In this document: one piece after another, positions 50,074 to 60,065 of the stretch
Layout of the letters: each line of letters begins with the position of its first letter
How positions within the stretch are numbered: the first letter of the stretch is position 1
From: Balanoglossus misakiensis
Lineage: Eukaryota; Animalia; Hemichordata
Assembly (NCBI GenBank): GCA_040954595.2
Contig: JBECUI020000027.1
Span: 386,630-450,629, forward strand
Length of the DNA stretch: 64,000 nucleotides
Direction of reading: 5' to 3'
Made by a program: the position numbers and the translations under genes
The notes under the pieces: generated by a model
What the model was told of the DNA's origin: nothing
What the model saw: only the letters and a program-made list of their open reading frames with translations
Databases searched by the model: none

Positions 50074-51239
50074 TCTTGTTCTCCAAGAGCGGCATAAAGT
50101 CCCTGCAGAAGGAGCGGTACGGTAAGGTTAAGGTTCTCCGCTCTTATGTGGGTTTCCCTTAAGAGTTCGGCTTCAAAAACCGCCCGGCGGTAATCGGGGC
50201 GGGGCGTGTTCAGCCAGCGACGCCGTAGCTCCTGAGAAAGAATTTCCAGAAATGCCTTAAGATCCTGGGAGTTTGTAAGAAATTCTGAATGGGAAGGCAT
50301 GTGGGCGCTCTTTGCCCTGGCCTCTTCCAGAAAATGAACCGCCAATTCCCGAAGCCGTTCCACAGGCCCCATTCTCCAGGCCTGAAAGTATTCCATCAGG
50401 CCCTTCCATCGCCCCCCCTCTTCTCGGAAGACCCTCCGCAGAACCTCCTCTTCTTCCACAGGACGGCGCCGACGGAAGGAATAATCCCGCAGTCGGGAAA
50501 GAACGGTGGGAAGAATCAGACTTTTGCGTTTGCTAATCAGAATTATCGTGGTGTCTGGGGGGGGCTCCTCCAGAAACTTAAGTAAGGCATTACAGGAAGA
50601 TTCCTGCATGCGGTCGGCCCCATCAATAATAATGGTTTTGTGCTCACCTGAGGCCGACAAGCTAGCCCATACCTCAAGTCTTCGCACCTGGGCCACGGGA
50701 AGAACCCCGGGGAGAACCTTCTGCATCTCTCCACAGGCCTCTATAATGCCTTCCAAACGATCATTTAAGGAGCTTCTCTCAGGAAGTTTCCCTGAGGGAG
50801 TCAGAGTATCAAGGCTCTCGGCCAGAGAGCCCATCAAGGGTCTTAGCCGCTTGAGTTTCACCTCTTCTCCTTCCCATAGGAAGGAATCGAATCTTCTTAG
50901 AAGCTTCCTTACTGAACGAATAAAAAGACAATGCGACACGCTACGGAAATCCCGGCGCAAGACCTCTGCCGAGGCTAAGATTTCCGGCATCATGTCCCTG
51001 TACCCTACAAGCACCATTCGAGAATGGGTGAGCAGGCGGTGCTGGCGACAGGAGGAACATTGACAATCCCAGTCCCGTTTCTCAAGGCAGGACAGACCCC
51101 GTGCCAATTCCAGCGAGGCACTGAGCTTCCCCGATAAGGGCGGTCCCGAACAAAGGATGGAAGGAGGAAGAGAGTTTCGAATAAGGTCGGACTCCAGTCT
51201 TTGGGTCACAGCCTTTTGGTAAAGTAGGTTTTCAAACAT
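50070..51239 (-). CDS. holB: DNA polymerase III delta'-like clamp loader subunit
   Basis: GPPLSGKLS, CQCSSC, IIDGADRM..SCNALLKFLEEPP and LPTVLSR. The start overlaps the upstream stop (TGATG). Confidence 0.8.
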   Translation of the reverse strand: MFENLLYQKAVTQRLESDLIRNSLPPSILCSGPPLSGKLSASLELARGLSCLEKRDWDCQCSSCRQHRLLTHSRMVLVGYRDMMPEILASAEVLRRDFRSVSHCLFIRSVRKLLRRFDSFLWEGEEVKLKRLRPLMGSLAESLDTLTPSGKLPERSSLNDRLEGIIEACGEMQKVLPGVLPVAQVRRLEVWASLSASGEHKTIIIDGADRMQESSCNALLKFLEEPPPDTTIILISKRKSLILPTVLSRLRDYSFRRRRPVEEEEVLRRVFREEGGRWKGLMEYFQAWRMGPVERLRELAVHFLEEARAKSAHMPSHSEFLTNSQDLKAFLEILSQELRRRWLNTPRPDYRRAVFEAELLRETHIRAENLNLTVPLLLQGLYAALGEQE

Positions 51240-51763
51240 CAGCCATCTCTGAACATGGGAAAGACCAACCGGGAATTCAGTTCCCCGAAAAATGACAGTA
51301 TGCTGCTGTTTTTTATGGCATAAAGCCCAGGGGGCCAGGGAAGGCGCCCCAGTTGGATCACAAGGATATAGCTCACAATAGCTCCGGCCAGAAATCCTGT
51401 AAAAAAACCTCCCCAACGGGAATCCCTGGTCAGTTTTATTTTGGATATTTTTCTTTTAAAGCTCCTAAACAGCAAGAAAAAAATCGTAAAGGTAAAACAA
51501 AAGAGCAGCCCTGGAATCAAAGAAGCCCACAAGGCAGCTCCTTTCCTCTCCTCCAGAATCAAAGCCATGGGTAGAGGAGTCCCCATCTCCGATTCGGTGA
51601 ACCTCAGCAGAAGTCTCTCAAGGGGTAGGGTCAACAGCAAAGAGGCTAAAAAGGCCGTTAAAATCATGATTAAAAGAATGAGCGTCGCCCGTACGCCCCG
51701 GTTAATCCCTAAAATCACAGGCAAAATAATGAGTACGCCCAGTATTCCATCGAACCAAGTCAC
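51239..51763 (-). CDS. cvpA: CvpA family membrane protein
   Basis: WFDGILG...GINRG and DSRWGGFFTG; synteny with murG and hk2-rrp2. Confidence 0.7.
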   Translation of the reverse strand: MTWFDGILGVLIILPVILGINRGVRATLILLIMILTAFLASLLLTLPLERLLLRFTESEMGTPLPMALILEERKGAALWASLIPGLLFCFTFTIFFLLFRSFKRKISKIKLTRDSRWGGFFTGFLAGAIVSYILVIQLGRLPWPPGLYAIKNSSILSFFGELNSRLVFPMFRDG

Positions 51764-52854
51764 CGGTATGCCACCTTTTCCTGAATAAGCTTGATAATTT
51801 TATCCGCAGCCTCCCGGACAGGAAGTCTACGAATGGCCTCTGCCATAGCAGAAATGGCAGAAGGGTTTTCCAAAAGAGAATCCACCGTTTTTTGAAGCTC
51901 TTGTCCCGAGACGGCCTTTCCCTTTAGAACCACGGCGGCACCTAGTTTCTGGAAAAGTGCGGCGTTGCGTAGTTGATCGCCTCGATTTCCAGGGCCCCCC
52001 AGAGGAACAAGAATTCCTGGGGTACCGGTGGCAGCCAATTCCCATAAGGCACCTGCTCCAGCCCTGGTAATGCATAGATCGGCGGCGGCAAGGAAATGGG
52101 GAAGTTCCTCATAAAAATAAGCCGAAGAAAGGTAGCCTGCTTGTTCGGGGGATCGGGTCTCTCCTCTCCCTACCTGATGAATAACAAAGGCCCTCTTAAG
52201 AAGATGAGGCAAAATTTCTGCTATAAGCGCATTGATTTGCTCGGCACCCTGACTTCCGCCAAGAACAAGAATTAAAGGCTGGCCAGGAGGAACCCGCGCC
52301 AAGCGCCGTCCCTGCTCAGCATCCCCTGAGAACATGATGTCCCTTACGGGATTCCCCGTAAGCACACTGCGGCTCCTGACCCTGGGAGAAAGAAAATCAC
52401 GAGTTTCCTGATAGGAAATCAAGGGAAGGGCACCCAGAAAGATATTGATGCGATTGGCCAGCCCCGGATCTATATCGGATTCGTGGGTTAGTACAGGTAT
52501 TCTTAAAAACCTTGCTGCCAGTACCGGCGGCACCGAGACAAACCCCCCCTTGGAAAGCAGGAGCTTGGGACGCCAACGCAGCAAAAGGCGGTAAGAAGCA
52601 AAAATTCCCGTCACGATACGAAACAAATCAAAGAAATTCTGCAAAGAAAAATAACGCCGCAGCTTCCCCGCAGGGATGCCTTGGAAGGGAATATTTTCTC
52701 TAGCAGCAATGTCCCTTTCTATGCCCCGGTTAGAGCCTATCCACAGGACCCCATAGCCCTTTTTGCGTACTCGCTCAACGACGGGGAGGAAGGGATAAAT
52801 GTGACCGCCAGAACCTCCGCCTGTGAAGGCAATGATTGGGGAACTATTAGGCAT
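51760..52854 (-). CDS. murG: MurG glycosyltransferase
   Basis: TGGGSGGHIYP, KGGFVSVP, HESD, GNPVR, GGSQGA and RAGA. Confidence 0.95.
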   Translation of the reverse strand: MPNSSPIIAFTGGGSGGHIYPFLPVVERVRKKGYGVLWIGSNRGIERDIAARENIPFQGIPAGKLRRYFSLQNFFDLFRIVTGIFASYRLLLRWRPKLLLSKGGFVSVPPVLAARFLRIPVLTHESDIDPGLANRINIFLGALPLISYQETRDFLSPRVRSRSVLTGNPVRDIMFSGDAEQGRRLARVPPGQPLILVLGGSQGAEQINALIAEILPHLLKRAFVIHQVGRGETRSPEQAGYLSSAYFYEELPHFLAAADLCITRAGAGALWELAATGTPGILVPLGGPGNRGDQLRNAALFQKLGAAVVLKGKAVSGQELQKTVDSLLENPSAISAMAEAIRRLPVREAADKIIKLIQEKVAYR

Positions 52855-53027
52855 AATAAGGTTTAAGAATAGCCCGATAAGGGCAGAATAGGGAAGATGC
52901 ACAAAGGGAAAACATTATTGGGAAACAGGGATTCTGCTCCAGGCTTGGCAGACGATCAAACTTTAAGGAATGGAACTAGAAGAAAACCGGGGGACAAGAA
53001 GCAAGGTTATTTGTCCCCCAGAGGGCT

Positions 53028-54488
53028 TTAGTTGAGTTTCAGAACCGGACGAAAACCAAGGTCGTCGTCGCCGCTCCACGGAGGACGCCCAACCCGTTTT
53101 GAGGAACGGATATCAGGAGCCCCGCTATACCAGCCTCCGCCGCGATAGATGCGGTAGGAATCTCCCTGGGGCTCATCCGGCCCCTGAGGATCCGTGGAGG
53201 CTTCACTTGCGTAGCTGCCATACCAGTCGGAACACCATTCCTGCACATTCCCGGAGATGTCGTAGAGTCCAAGCTCGTTGGGAAGCTTTTCTCCCACAGA
53301 ATGGATTCCACCCTGATTGTTGACCTCGTACCAGGCCACCTCATCAGGGTTGTTACTCCCGGCGTACTCATATCCCTGAGAGCGGCTTCCTCCCTTGGCA
53401 GCGTATTCCCATTCTGCCTCCGTCGGCAGGCGTCCACCCAACCACTCGCTGTAGGCCCTTGCTCCGTACCAGGTTACCTTTACCACAGGATGATCCCCAT
53501 AAATGCTGTTATAATGGAAACTTCCGTTGGCGTAGTAAACCCTGACATAGGGACTATCAAGATCGATGAACTTTTCTCCCAAGTATGTTCCGTCCGGTAG
53601 GACTCCCTGCAGGTTCATAAATTCGGTGTATTCCCGGTTTGTCACTTCGTACTTGCTTATAGAAAAAGAGCTCACCGTCACAAGGTGCGCTGGTTTTTCA
53701 TCTTCTTCTCCCTCATAGCCTCCCATAAGGAAACTTCCGCCTTCTACAGGGACAAAGGGGAAAGGTATATGGGGATTCCCCGGGACCTCTGTCCAACGCT
53801 TTCCCTCCTCTCCGGGCCTGCTTTCCTGTACCCTCAAATAATAAGGACTTCCGTTTCTGAGTCCTGTCATCTCTATTGTATGGCTTTCTCCAGAGACCTG
53901 AACCCTCTGCATTTCTCCTGCATCGGTAAAATCAACAGCACTGTGGGCCGAAACACTCACATAGGTTCCAGGAACGGTCTTTACCCTAAGCCCGAGTACG
54001 CCGTCTCCAGGCAGCACAGCTTCCACAAGAATCGGTGTTTCGGAAGGCATAGAGTCGTTTTGATCACCTGGATTATCGGCATCGCCTAAGTTATCGGGAC
54101 TGCCTGAATCTCCCCAAGAAGTCGGTCTGTAGGGACCATTGGGGACTTTGATCCAGTTCTTTATTTCTCCATCAGGCCCTTCGGCTCGAACCCGAATATG
54201 GTAGTCTCTGCCATTCTCCAGATCCTTAACGGTTATGGAAGTTTGATTCCTTTCCTGAACGGCCACTCTGTTTGTTATTCCCTCATCGCGAAAATCACTC
54301 TCTTTATGAACGGAAACCGTAACAAAGCTCTCCCGATTGGAACTCAAGGCAAGCATGATGCTTCGGTCTCCTGCCAGAACCTCGCCTACGACGAGATCAG
54401 GTTCTCTCGGTTCTATCAAGGTTTCCCTACCACAGGAACTTAGAACGAGCACAATCAAACCGAACACAAAACCCTGTGTTCTATGCAT
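53028..54488 (-). CDS. Lipoprotein with two Fn3-like domains and an FGE-sulfatase (CLec-fold) domain
   Basis: Lipobox LSSC; RLPTEAEWEYAAKGG, PNELGLYDISGNVQEWC and LGFRPV. Confidence 0.9.
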   Translation of the reverse strand: MHRTQGFVFGLIVLVLSSCGRETLIEPREPDLVVGEVLAGDRSIMLALSSNRESFVTVSVHKESDFRDEGITNRVAVQERNQTSITVKDLENGRDYHIRVRAEGPDGEIKNWIKVPNGPYRPTSWGDSGSPDNLGDADNPGDQNDSMPSETPILVEAVLPGDGVLGLRVKTVPGTYVSVSAHSAVDFTDAGEMQRVQVSGESHTIEMTGLRNGSPYYLRVQESRPGEEGKRWTEVPGNPHIPFPFVPVEGGSFLMGGYEGEEDEKPAHLVTVSSFSISKYEVTNREYTEFMNLQGVLPDGTYLGEKFIDLDSPYVRVYYANGSFHYNSIYGDHPVVKVTWYGARAYSEWLGGRLPTEAEWEYAAKGGSRSQGYEYAGSNNPDEVAWYEVNNQGGIHSVGEKLPNELGLYDISGNVQEWCSDWYGSYASEASTDPQGPDEPQGDSYRIYRGGGWYSGAPDIRSSKRVGRPPWSGDDDLGFRPVLKLN

Positions 54489-55169
54489 ACTTTACCTCCA
54501 TTACTGATGAACTTCTTGAGTCCTCTTTGAATTTATTTCTGCAAACTTCATAGCTAGAAGTGGACAGAACATGTTGTAGAAAACCGTCTTTCTAGCTACC
54601 ATAACGGCCACAAGTCCTTTTCTGATTCAAAAGATTGGCATACTTCCAGATCTTTTTTCCCGAGTCAGTTACAGGACAATTCCTGAAAGTCTTGCCTGTT
54701 TTGCTTACAGAATGGTCAGGATGGGATTGGGGGGAGGTAGAATAGTTGATTTTCTTATAGGAGGGGGGAAGCCTTGAATTCTCCCAATGCTGCTGTTACC
54801 TTTGCAGACTTTACTGTGTATCAGGTAGAGCAAGCAGCATGGTTATAGAGAGAGTTAAAGGGATGATAAGCCAAAAGAGAAATGAGTTGAAAACTTTCCA
54901 GGCTTAGAAGCAGAGTGGCCTTATAAGAAGCACGTTCTACCGAATTTTAGAAATTTTTTTGTTCAGATTGCTGCTTGGAATGGGGAGCTCTTGTCAGATC
55001 CGGTTCCAGAGGCATAAACCTCAGAACATTTTCCAGCCTTCAGCAGCTTAGGAATATGACCTCTGGAACCTTACCTAGCAATTTTTCAAACTTTATTAAA
55101 AGCTACCTACCGGCAAGCCGAAGCGGCCAGCAGAAACGTTTTATAGAAAAAATCTGCTAATCCTTAGTT

Positions 55170-56261
55170 TCATTGAGTCTTGGTCAGGTTGACCTTATAA
55201 TCATAAATGCTGACGATTCCTTCTCCACCCTGAAGCTCTGTTCCAAACTCAATACTTCCCACGTGATCCGTTACCAGGCCCTCGCTGTAATCAAAGTAAC
55301 CATTATCTCTGGCATAAACAAGAAAGGCTTTTATATCAACAGTTTCTGCGATCTCTATAAAAGACCCTTCGTGGTAGTAATCCGCACCTCTTGCATCGGC
55401 AGAGGGTTTAAGAACAAAGACCGTGTAATCACCTAGTTCCGTGGGTCCTGGACCATCATAGAGGAAGTAGTTTTCTTCTATACCATCATTTCCCATACCA
55501 TCTAAGGCTATATTTTCTTCTACCTTGCTTCCAGCCGGAGACATCTCGTTTCGCCGAAGCCATATGTGAAATTCGTGGACCTTCTCCACAACTTTGGCCC
55601 TTCTTGTATTACCAACAGGAACATTGCTGGGACGGACATCTGTATCATACAACCATACTTCTAAACCTAAGTTGTAAGAAGGAGCAACGGTTTCCTCCGA
55701 ATCCAAGTCTGAAAAACTCAGTTTGATATCTAAGTCAACACTAAGGGAGTCTATATTGTCTAAGTGTTCAACCAAATCCGTATTGGTTGGCCATAGAGAC
55801 CAGGGTCTGTGACCATAGATAATGGTAGGAAAGGCAATGACTCCCGTTCTCGGCCACACGAAAAACCACCCCAAGGGAAATACAGGTTTGTCATCCACAT
55901 CTCTTGTTGCAAATATTGCCTGAAAAGCTTTGTTGCCAGGAAAGTTAGAAACAAGCTGTGAATTCCAAATATTATTTGCTAGTTCGAAGGAAGAACGAGT
56001 TTTCTCCTTGTCAACCGGATTCCCGTCGCTGTCCGTAGAAACATAAGGGACAAGGTTCTCCTCGCCAAAGAGAAATTTTGAATTTGTCCCATAGCCAAGG
56101 AAAAAATCCGAACTACTTATTTCTCCACTCTCGTCGACTAAACCAAGCTTGCCATCATCATAACGAGAGATATATGCGGTCTCGCTGAAACCATCAACTG
56201 CCGAACACCCCAGCACGATGGCCATGCCAACTATGCTAATAAATATAAGTGAAAACTTCAT
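55170..56261 (-). CDS. Lipoprotein resembling glycoside hydrolase family 12
   Basis: Lipobox VLGC; NNIWN, FPTIIYG, YNLGLEVWL, HEFHIWL and SIEFGTE resemble the GH12 catalytic Glu motifs. Confidence 0.6.
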   Translation of the reverse strand: MKFSLIFISIVGMAIVLGCSAVDGFSETAYISRYDDGKLGLVDESGEISSSDFFLGYGTNSKFLFGEENLVPYVSTDSDGNPVDKEKTRSSFELANNIWNSQLVSNFPGNKAFQAIFATRDVDDKPVFPLGWFFVWPRTGVIAFPTIIYGHRPWSLWPTNTDLVEHLDNIDSLSVDLDIKLSFSDLDSEETVAPSYNLGLEVWLYDTDVRPSNVPVGNTRRAKVVEKVHEFHIWLRRNEMSPAGSKVEENIALDGMGNDGIEENYFLYDGPGPTELGDYTVFVLKPSADARGADYYHEGSFIEIAETVDIKAFLVYARDNGYFDYSEGLVTDHVGSIEFGTELQGGEGIVSIYDYKVNLTKTQ

Positions 56262-56420
56262 AACTGCCCCTTAAAAAAGTCATATGCTCTTAATTGTAAT
56301 ACCGTTCTACGCAAAAAGCGAAGAACGGCACTTCAAAGAAGTTATATGGAGAAACTCACAGGGAAAACACTGCCTGTTCCAAGACTCTGAATATTGGGGC
56401 TTGAAACATTGCCGCGATTT

Positions 56421-56582
56421 TCAATCTTCGGGGGTAAACTGGGATTTTTCGGCACCGCAGACAGGACAAATCCAGTCTTCGGGGAGCTCCTCCCAGGGGG
56501 TACCCGGAGATATTCCAGTATCAGGATCTCCATCCTGTGGATCGTAGATATAACCACAGACATTACATACATAACTAAGCAT
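56421..56582 (-). CDS. Rubredoxin
   Basis: [13 protein letters not shown]...[17 protein letters not shown]. Confidence 0.95.
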   Translation of the reverse strand: MLSYVCNVCGYIYDPQDGDPDTGISPGTPWEELPEDWICPVCGAEKSQFTPED

Positions 56583-56673
56583 TACTACATCTCCGTATAG
56601 AGGGCTTAACCCCATAAAAAAGAAAATCTTATTTCCCAGAAAGTTTGTTTCTGAGATGATTATGAATAATTAT

Positions 56674-57354
56674 TCAGGGCCACTGTTCTTCGGTAAGCAA
56701 TTCTAAACCTGCCTGAGCTCTTGAGTCCTCCGGGTTAAGTTCTAAAGCCTTTTTATAATACTTTATAGCTTCAAAATTCCTATGCATAGCCAGGAGGGTT
56801 CTTCCCATCTGAAAGTGAATTTCTGCAAATTCAGGGGCCATGCTTAAAAGCTCCTTCCATAAAATAATGGCCTCTTCAAAACGATGCTTCTTGTAGAGCA
56901 ACTGACCCATGTAAAAATTGGCAATTTTTGATTCGGGAGACTTTTCCCGTAAAGAAGTAAAGGCAGCAAGGGCTGCGGAGTTTCTTCCAAGGAAGTTGTT
57001 AATCAGACCAATATAGTAGCTTGCCATGGCATGGCTCTCGTTGGGAAAGGAAAGTACCTGTTGGAATGTCTCCAGGGCTTTTTCCAAGCGACCCATGCGG
57101 TAAAGAGCTACGCCTTTTTTGTAGTAAGCTGTACTAAAATCCTGCTTCATAGCAATGGCCTCATCATAGTGGGCAATGCAGGCTTCCATATCTCCCAAAG
57201 AATAGAAAATGTCGGCCAGGGCCAAACAGATAAAAGGACTCTCTTTATAAATCTCTTTAAGTTCCAAAAAAGCTTTTTCAGATTTTCGCCACTCTCCTAA
57301 TATCATGAGCCGCACTGCAGCAATGTAACGAGGATCGTCAAGTTTGAGCTTCAT
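56674..57354 (-). CDS. TPR protein
   Basis: Multiple canonical TPR repeats. Confidence 0.85.
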   Translation of the reverse strand: MKLKLDDPRYIAAVRLMILGEWRKSEKAFLELKEIYKESPFICLALADIFYSLGDMEACIAHYDEAIAMKQDFSTAYYKKGVALYRMGRLEKALETFQQVLSFPNESHAMASYYIGLINNFLGRNSAALAAFTSLREKSPESKIANFYMGQLLYKKHRFEEAIILWKELLSMAPEFAEIHFQMGRTLLAMHRNFEAIKYYKKALELNPEDSRAQAGLELLTEEQWP

Positions 57355-57421
57355 AGAACCTCCACTTCCGATTGTAAACTCGGAGTCGCTGATATTTCAA
57401 TCAGGATACTGGTGAATTTTC

Positions 57422-58813
57422 CTATTCTTTGATCATCTGCCGAGGATCCAAAAACGTTTCTACTTCGTCTTCAGGCAAGAGCTGACTGGCAAGAACCACT
57501 TCCCGGATGGTTTTTCCCGTAGTATAGGCTTCATGGGCCAACTCTGCCGCCTTGTCATAACCAATTCGGGTGGCCAGGGGGGTTACAAGCGCCAGACTTT
57601 TTTCTATGTGCCCCTCGGCCACTTCTTTATTGGCAGTGATGCCCAGAACGCAACGCCTGGCTAAGGTCAGACTGACATGCGAAAGAAGTGAAAGAGATGT
57701 TAAGCTGCTCCATGCAATTAGGGGATGCATCATATTGAGCTGCAAGGGACCGTTCTGCCCTCCCAGGGTAACCGCCAGAGCCTGCCCTTGAACAAAGGCG
57801 GCTGCCTGAATGACCATTTCCGGTATGACGGGGTTTACCTTGCCGGGCATGATTGAACTGCCTGGCTGCAGGGCAGGAAGTTCAATTTCGCCCAAGCCTC
57901 CCCGCGGCCCAGAAGAGAGAAGCCTTAGGTCATTGGCAATCTTCATAAGGGAGCCAGCCACGGTGTTTAATGTCCCCATAAGTTCCACCTGGGCATCACG
58001 GTTGGCAATGGCCTCAAAGCGATTTTCAGCAGCTTTAAAAGGAATCCCCGTGTAGTCACAGATAGAAGCAATGGTTTTTTCAGCAAAACCCGGGGGACAG
58101 TTTAAACCACTTCCTATGGCCGTCCCCCCTAGGGCCAGCTCCTCAAGTCGCCCAAAGGTAGAGCGCAGCCGTTCCCGTCCTTTTTTAATCTGTTCCCTAA
58201 AGGCAGAAAATTCCTGTCCTAAAGTCATGGGCACGGCATCTTGCAGATGGGTCCGCCCCAGTTTTAAGATTGTTGAAAATTCTCGTGTTTTGGTGTGGAA
58301 GGCCTCTTCCAGAATCCCTAGGTCTTCCAGAAGTATCCCTGCAGCCTGGCGATTGGCAATGTGCAAAGCTGTGGGGATCACATCGTTAGAAGACTGCCCA
58401 CGGTTGACATGATCGTTAGGATGTACGGGGCTTCGGGTCCCTCTTTCGCTTCCCAGAGCAACATTGGCCAGGTTGGCCAAGACCTCATTCATGTTCATGT
58501 TGGAGCTTGTGGCACTACCTGTTTGAAAAACATTGATGGGGAACTGCTTGTCCAAGTCCCCTTGGATAACCCTGTCAGCTGCAGCAGCAATAGCATCGGC
58601 TTCTTTTTTTCCGATAATGCTGAGTTCTTTGTTTGCCAGGGCGGCAGAACGCTTTATAAGCGCCAAGGCACTTATAAAGCGTTGGGGCATAGCAAAAGGC
58701 TCGGTACCAAAGTTTTCTATAGCTCGTTGAGTCTGGGCTCCCCACCAACAGTCAACAGGGAGACGGACTTCTCCCATAGAATCCCGTTCGATTCTTGTTT
58801 CTTTTTTGTCCAA
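57422..58813 (-). CDS. fumC: Class II fumarate hydratase
   Basis: RIERDSMG, HPNDHVN, GRTHLQDA and PGSSIMPGKVNP. Confidence 0.9.
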   Translation of the reverse strand: MDKKETRIERDSMGEVRLPVDCWWGAQTQRAIENFGTEPFAMPQRFISALALIKRSAALANKELSIIGKKEADAIAAAADRVIQGDLDKQFPINVFQTGSATSSNMNMNEVLANLANVALGSERGTRSPVHPNDHVNRGQSSNDVIPTALHIANRQAAGILLEDLGILEEAFHTKTREFSTILKLGRTHLQDAVPMTLGQEFSAFREQIKKGRERLRSTFGRLEELALGGTAIGSGLNCPPGFAEKTIASICDYTGIPFKAAENRFEAIANRDAQVELMGTLNTVAGSLMKIANDLRLLSSGPRGGLGEIELPALQPGSSIMPGKVNPVIPEMVIQAAAFVQGQALAVTLGGQNGPLQLNMMHPLIAWSSLTSLSLLSHVSLTLARRCVLGITANKEVAEGHIEKSLALVTPLATRIGYDKAAELAHEAYTTGKTIREVVLASQLLPEDEVETFLDPRQMIKE

Positions 58814-58817
58814 TTCT

Positions 58818-59964
58818 CTAACCTCTGGAAGCTATGGGAGAAACAGTTTTCCCTATTTCGCCAACATACAAAGCCTTGGGGCGGAAGAGCCTGTTATCGA
58901 AACGCTGCTCCAGAATATGAGCCAGCCATCCGGAAACCCGGGCCATGGCAAAAATCGGCGTAAAAAGATTGCTCGGGACACCCAAAAGTGCGTAGACCGC
59001 TCCAGAGAAGAAGTCAACATTGGGATAGATCGGTTTTCCCCTTTTCTTCAATCTTTTCACGGAATACCTTTTCAACTTCCTTAAGAATTTCCATATTGTG
59101 GCTATCACCTTTCTTCTCAGAGAGGTATGCCAAAAAATTTTCCATAATAACGGCACGAGGATCCTTAGCCTTGTAGACCCGGTGTCCCATTCCCATAACT
59201 TTCTTTTTTTCGTTTAGGGTTTTTTCTATCCAAGGGCGAACGTTCTTGACACTTCCAATCTCCTCAATCATAGCCAGAACCTTCTCGTTGGCTCCACCAT
59301 GGAGGGAACCGTAGAGTGCCCCAATAGCAGCAGAGACACTGCAGTAACAGGTTGAGAGAGTGGAGGCAACAACCCGGGCGGTAAAGGTAGAAGCGTTGAA
59401 ACTATGTTCAGCGTGAAGAGTGAGACACTGATCCATAATTCTACCTTCATCGGTACCTGGCTCCTTGCCGGTAAGCATCCAGAGAAAGTTGGCTCCATGC
59501 GAAAGGTCTTCCCGAGGGGGAACGTATTCCAGTTTGTTGAGTAATCTATGAAACGCCGCAATTATCGAAGGAAGCTGACTGATCTGATGAAGAGTCTGAC
59601 GACAATTGCAGGTAGGGGAATGCTCAATCCTATGCTCGATGTATCCTGAAAGAAAGTTAATGGCTGATTGTAAAAGTTCCATAGGATGGGAACCCTGAGG
59701 AAAATTTTTGATCATCTGAAAAATGGGTTCTGGAAGGTCGCGCTGCTGGCGCATCGACGTTGAAAAAGCAGAAAGTTGCTTTTCCGTCGGAAGTTCTCCA
59801 TAAAGCAGGAGATAGGTGGTTTCTTCAAAACTTGTTTTCTCGGCAAGTTCTGTAATGGGATAACCATAGTAATAAAGTTGTCCGCCCTCACCGTCTACCT
59901 TACATATCTTACTTTCGGCGGCAATAACTCCCTCAAGTCCTTTCGAATAAGTAACGTCCGTCAT
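58818..59964 (-). CDS. gltA: Citrate synthase (or 2-methylcitrate synthase) with one frameshift near 59035, probably a sequencing error
   Basis: [23 protein letters not shown] and GMGHRVY, then YPNVDF in the second frame. One extra base in a T4 run. Confidence 0.85.
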
Positions 59965-59995
59965 TTTATTTCTTAACTCCTTTTTTTAATATTAC

Positions 59996-60031
59996 TACAC
60001 AACTACTATCAGTTACATAACTACTATCAGT
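59996..60031. promoter_or_regulatory. 18-bp tandem direct repeat TACA(C/T)AACTACTATCAGT x2 upstream of gltA
   Basis: Directly visible between lpdA and gltA. Confidence 0.45.
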
Positions 60032-60065
60032 TCTTTCTGAATTCGAGAAAGAAAGTTCTCTAAAT

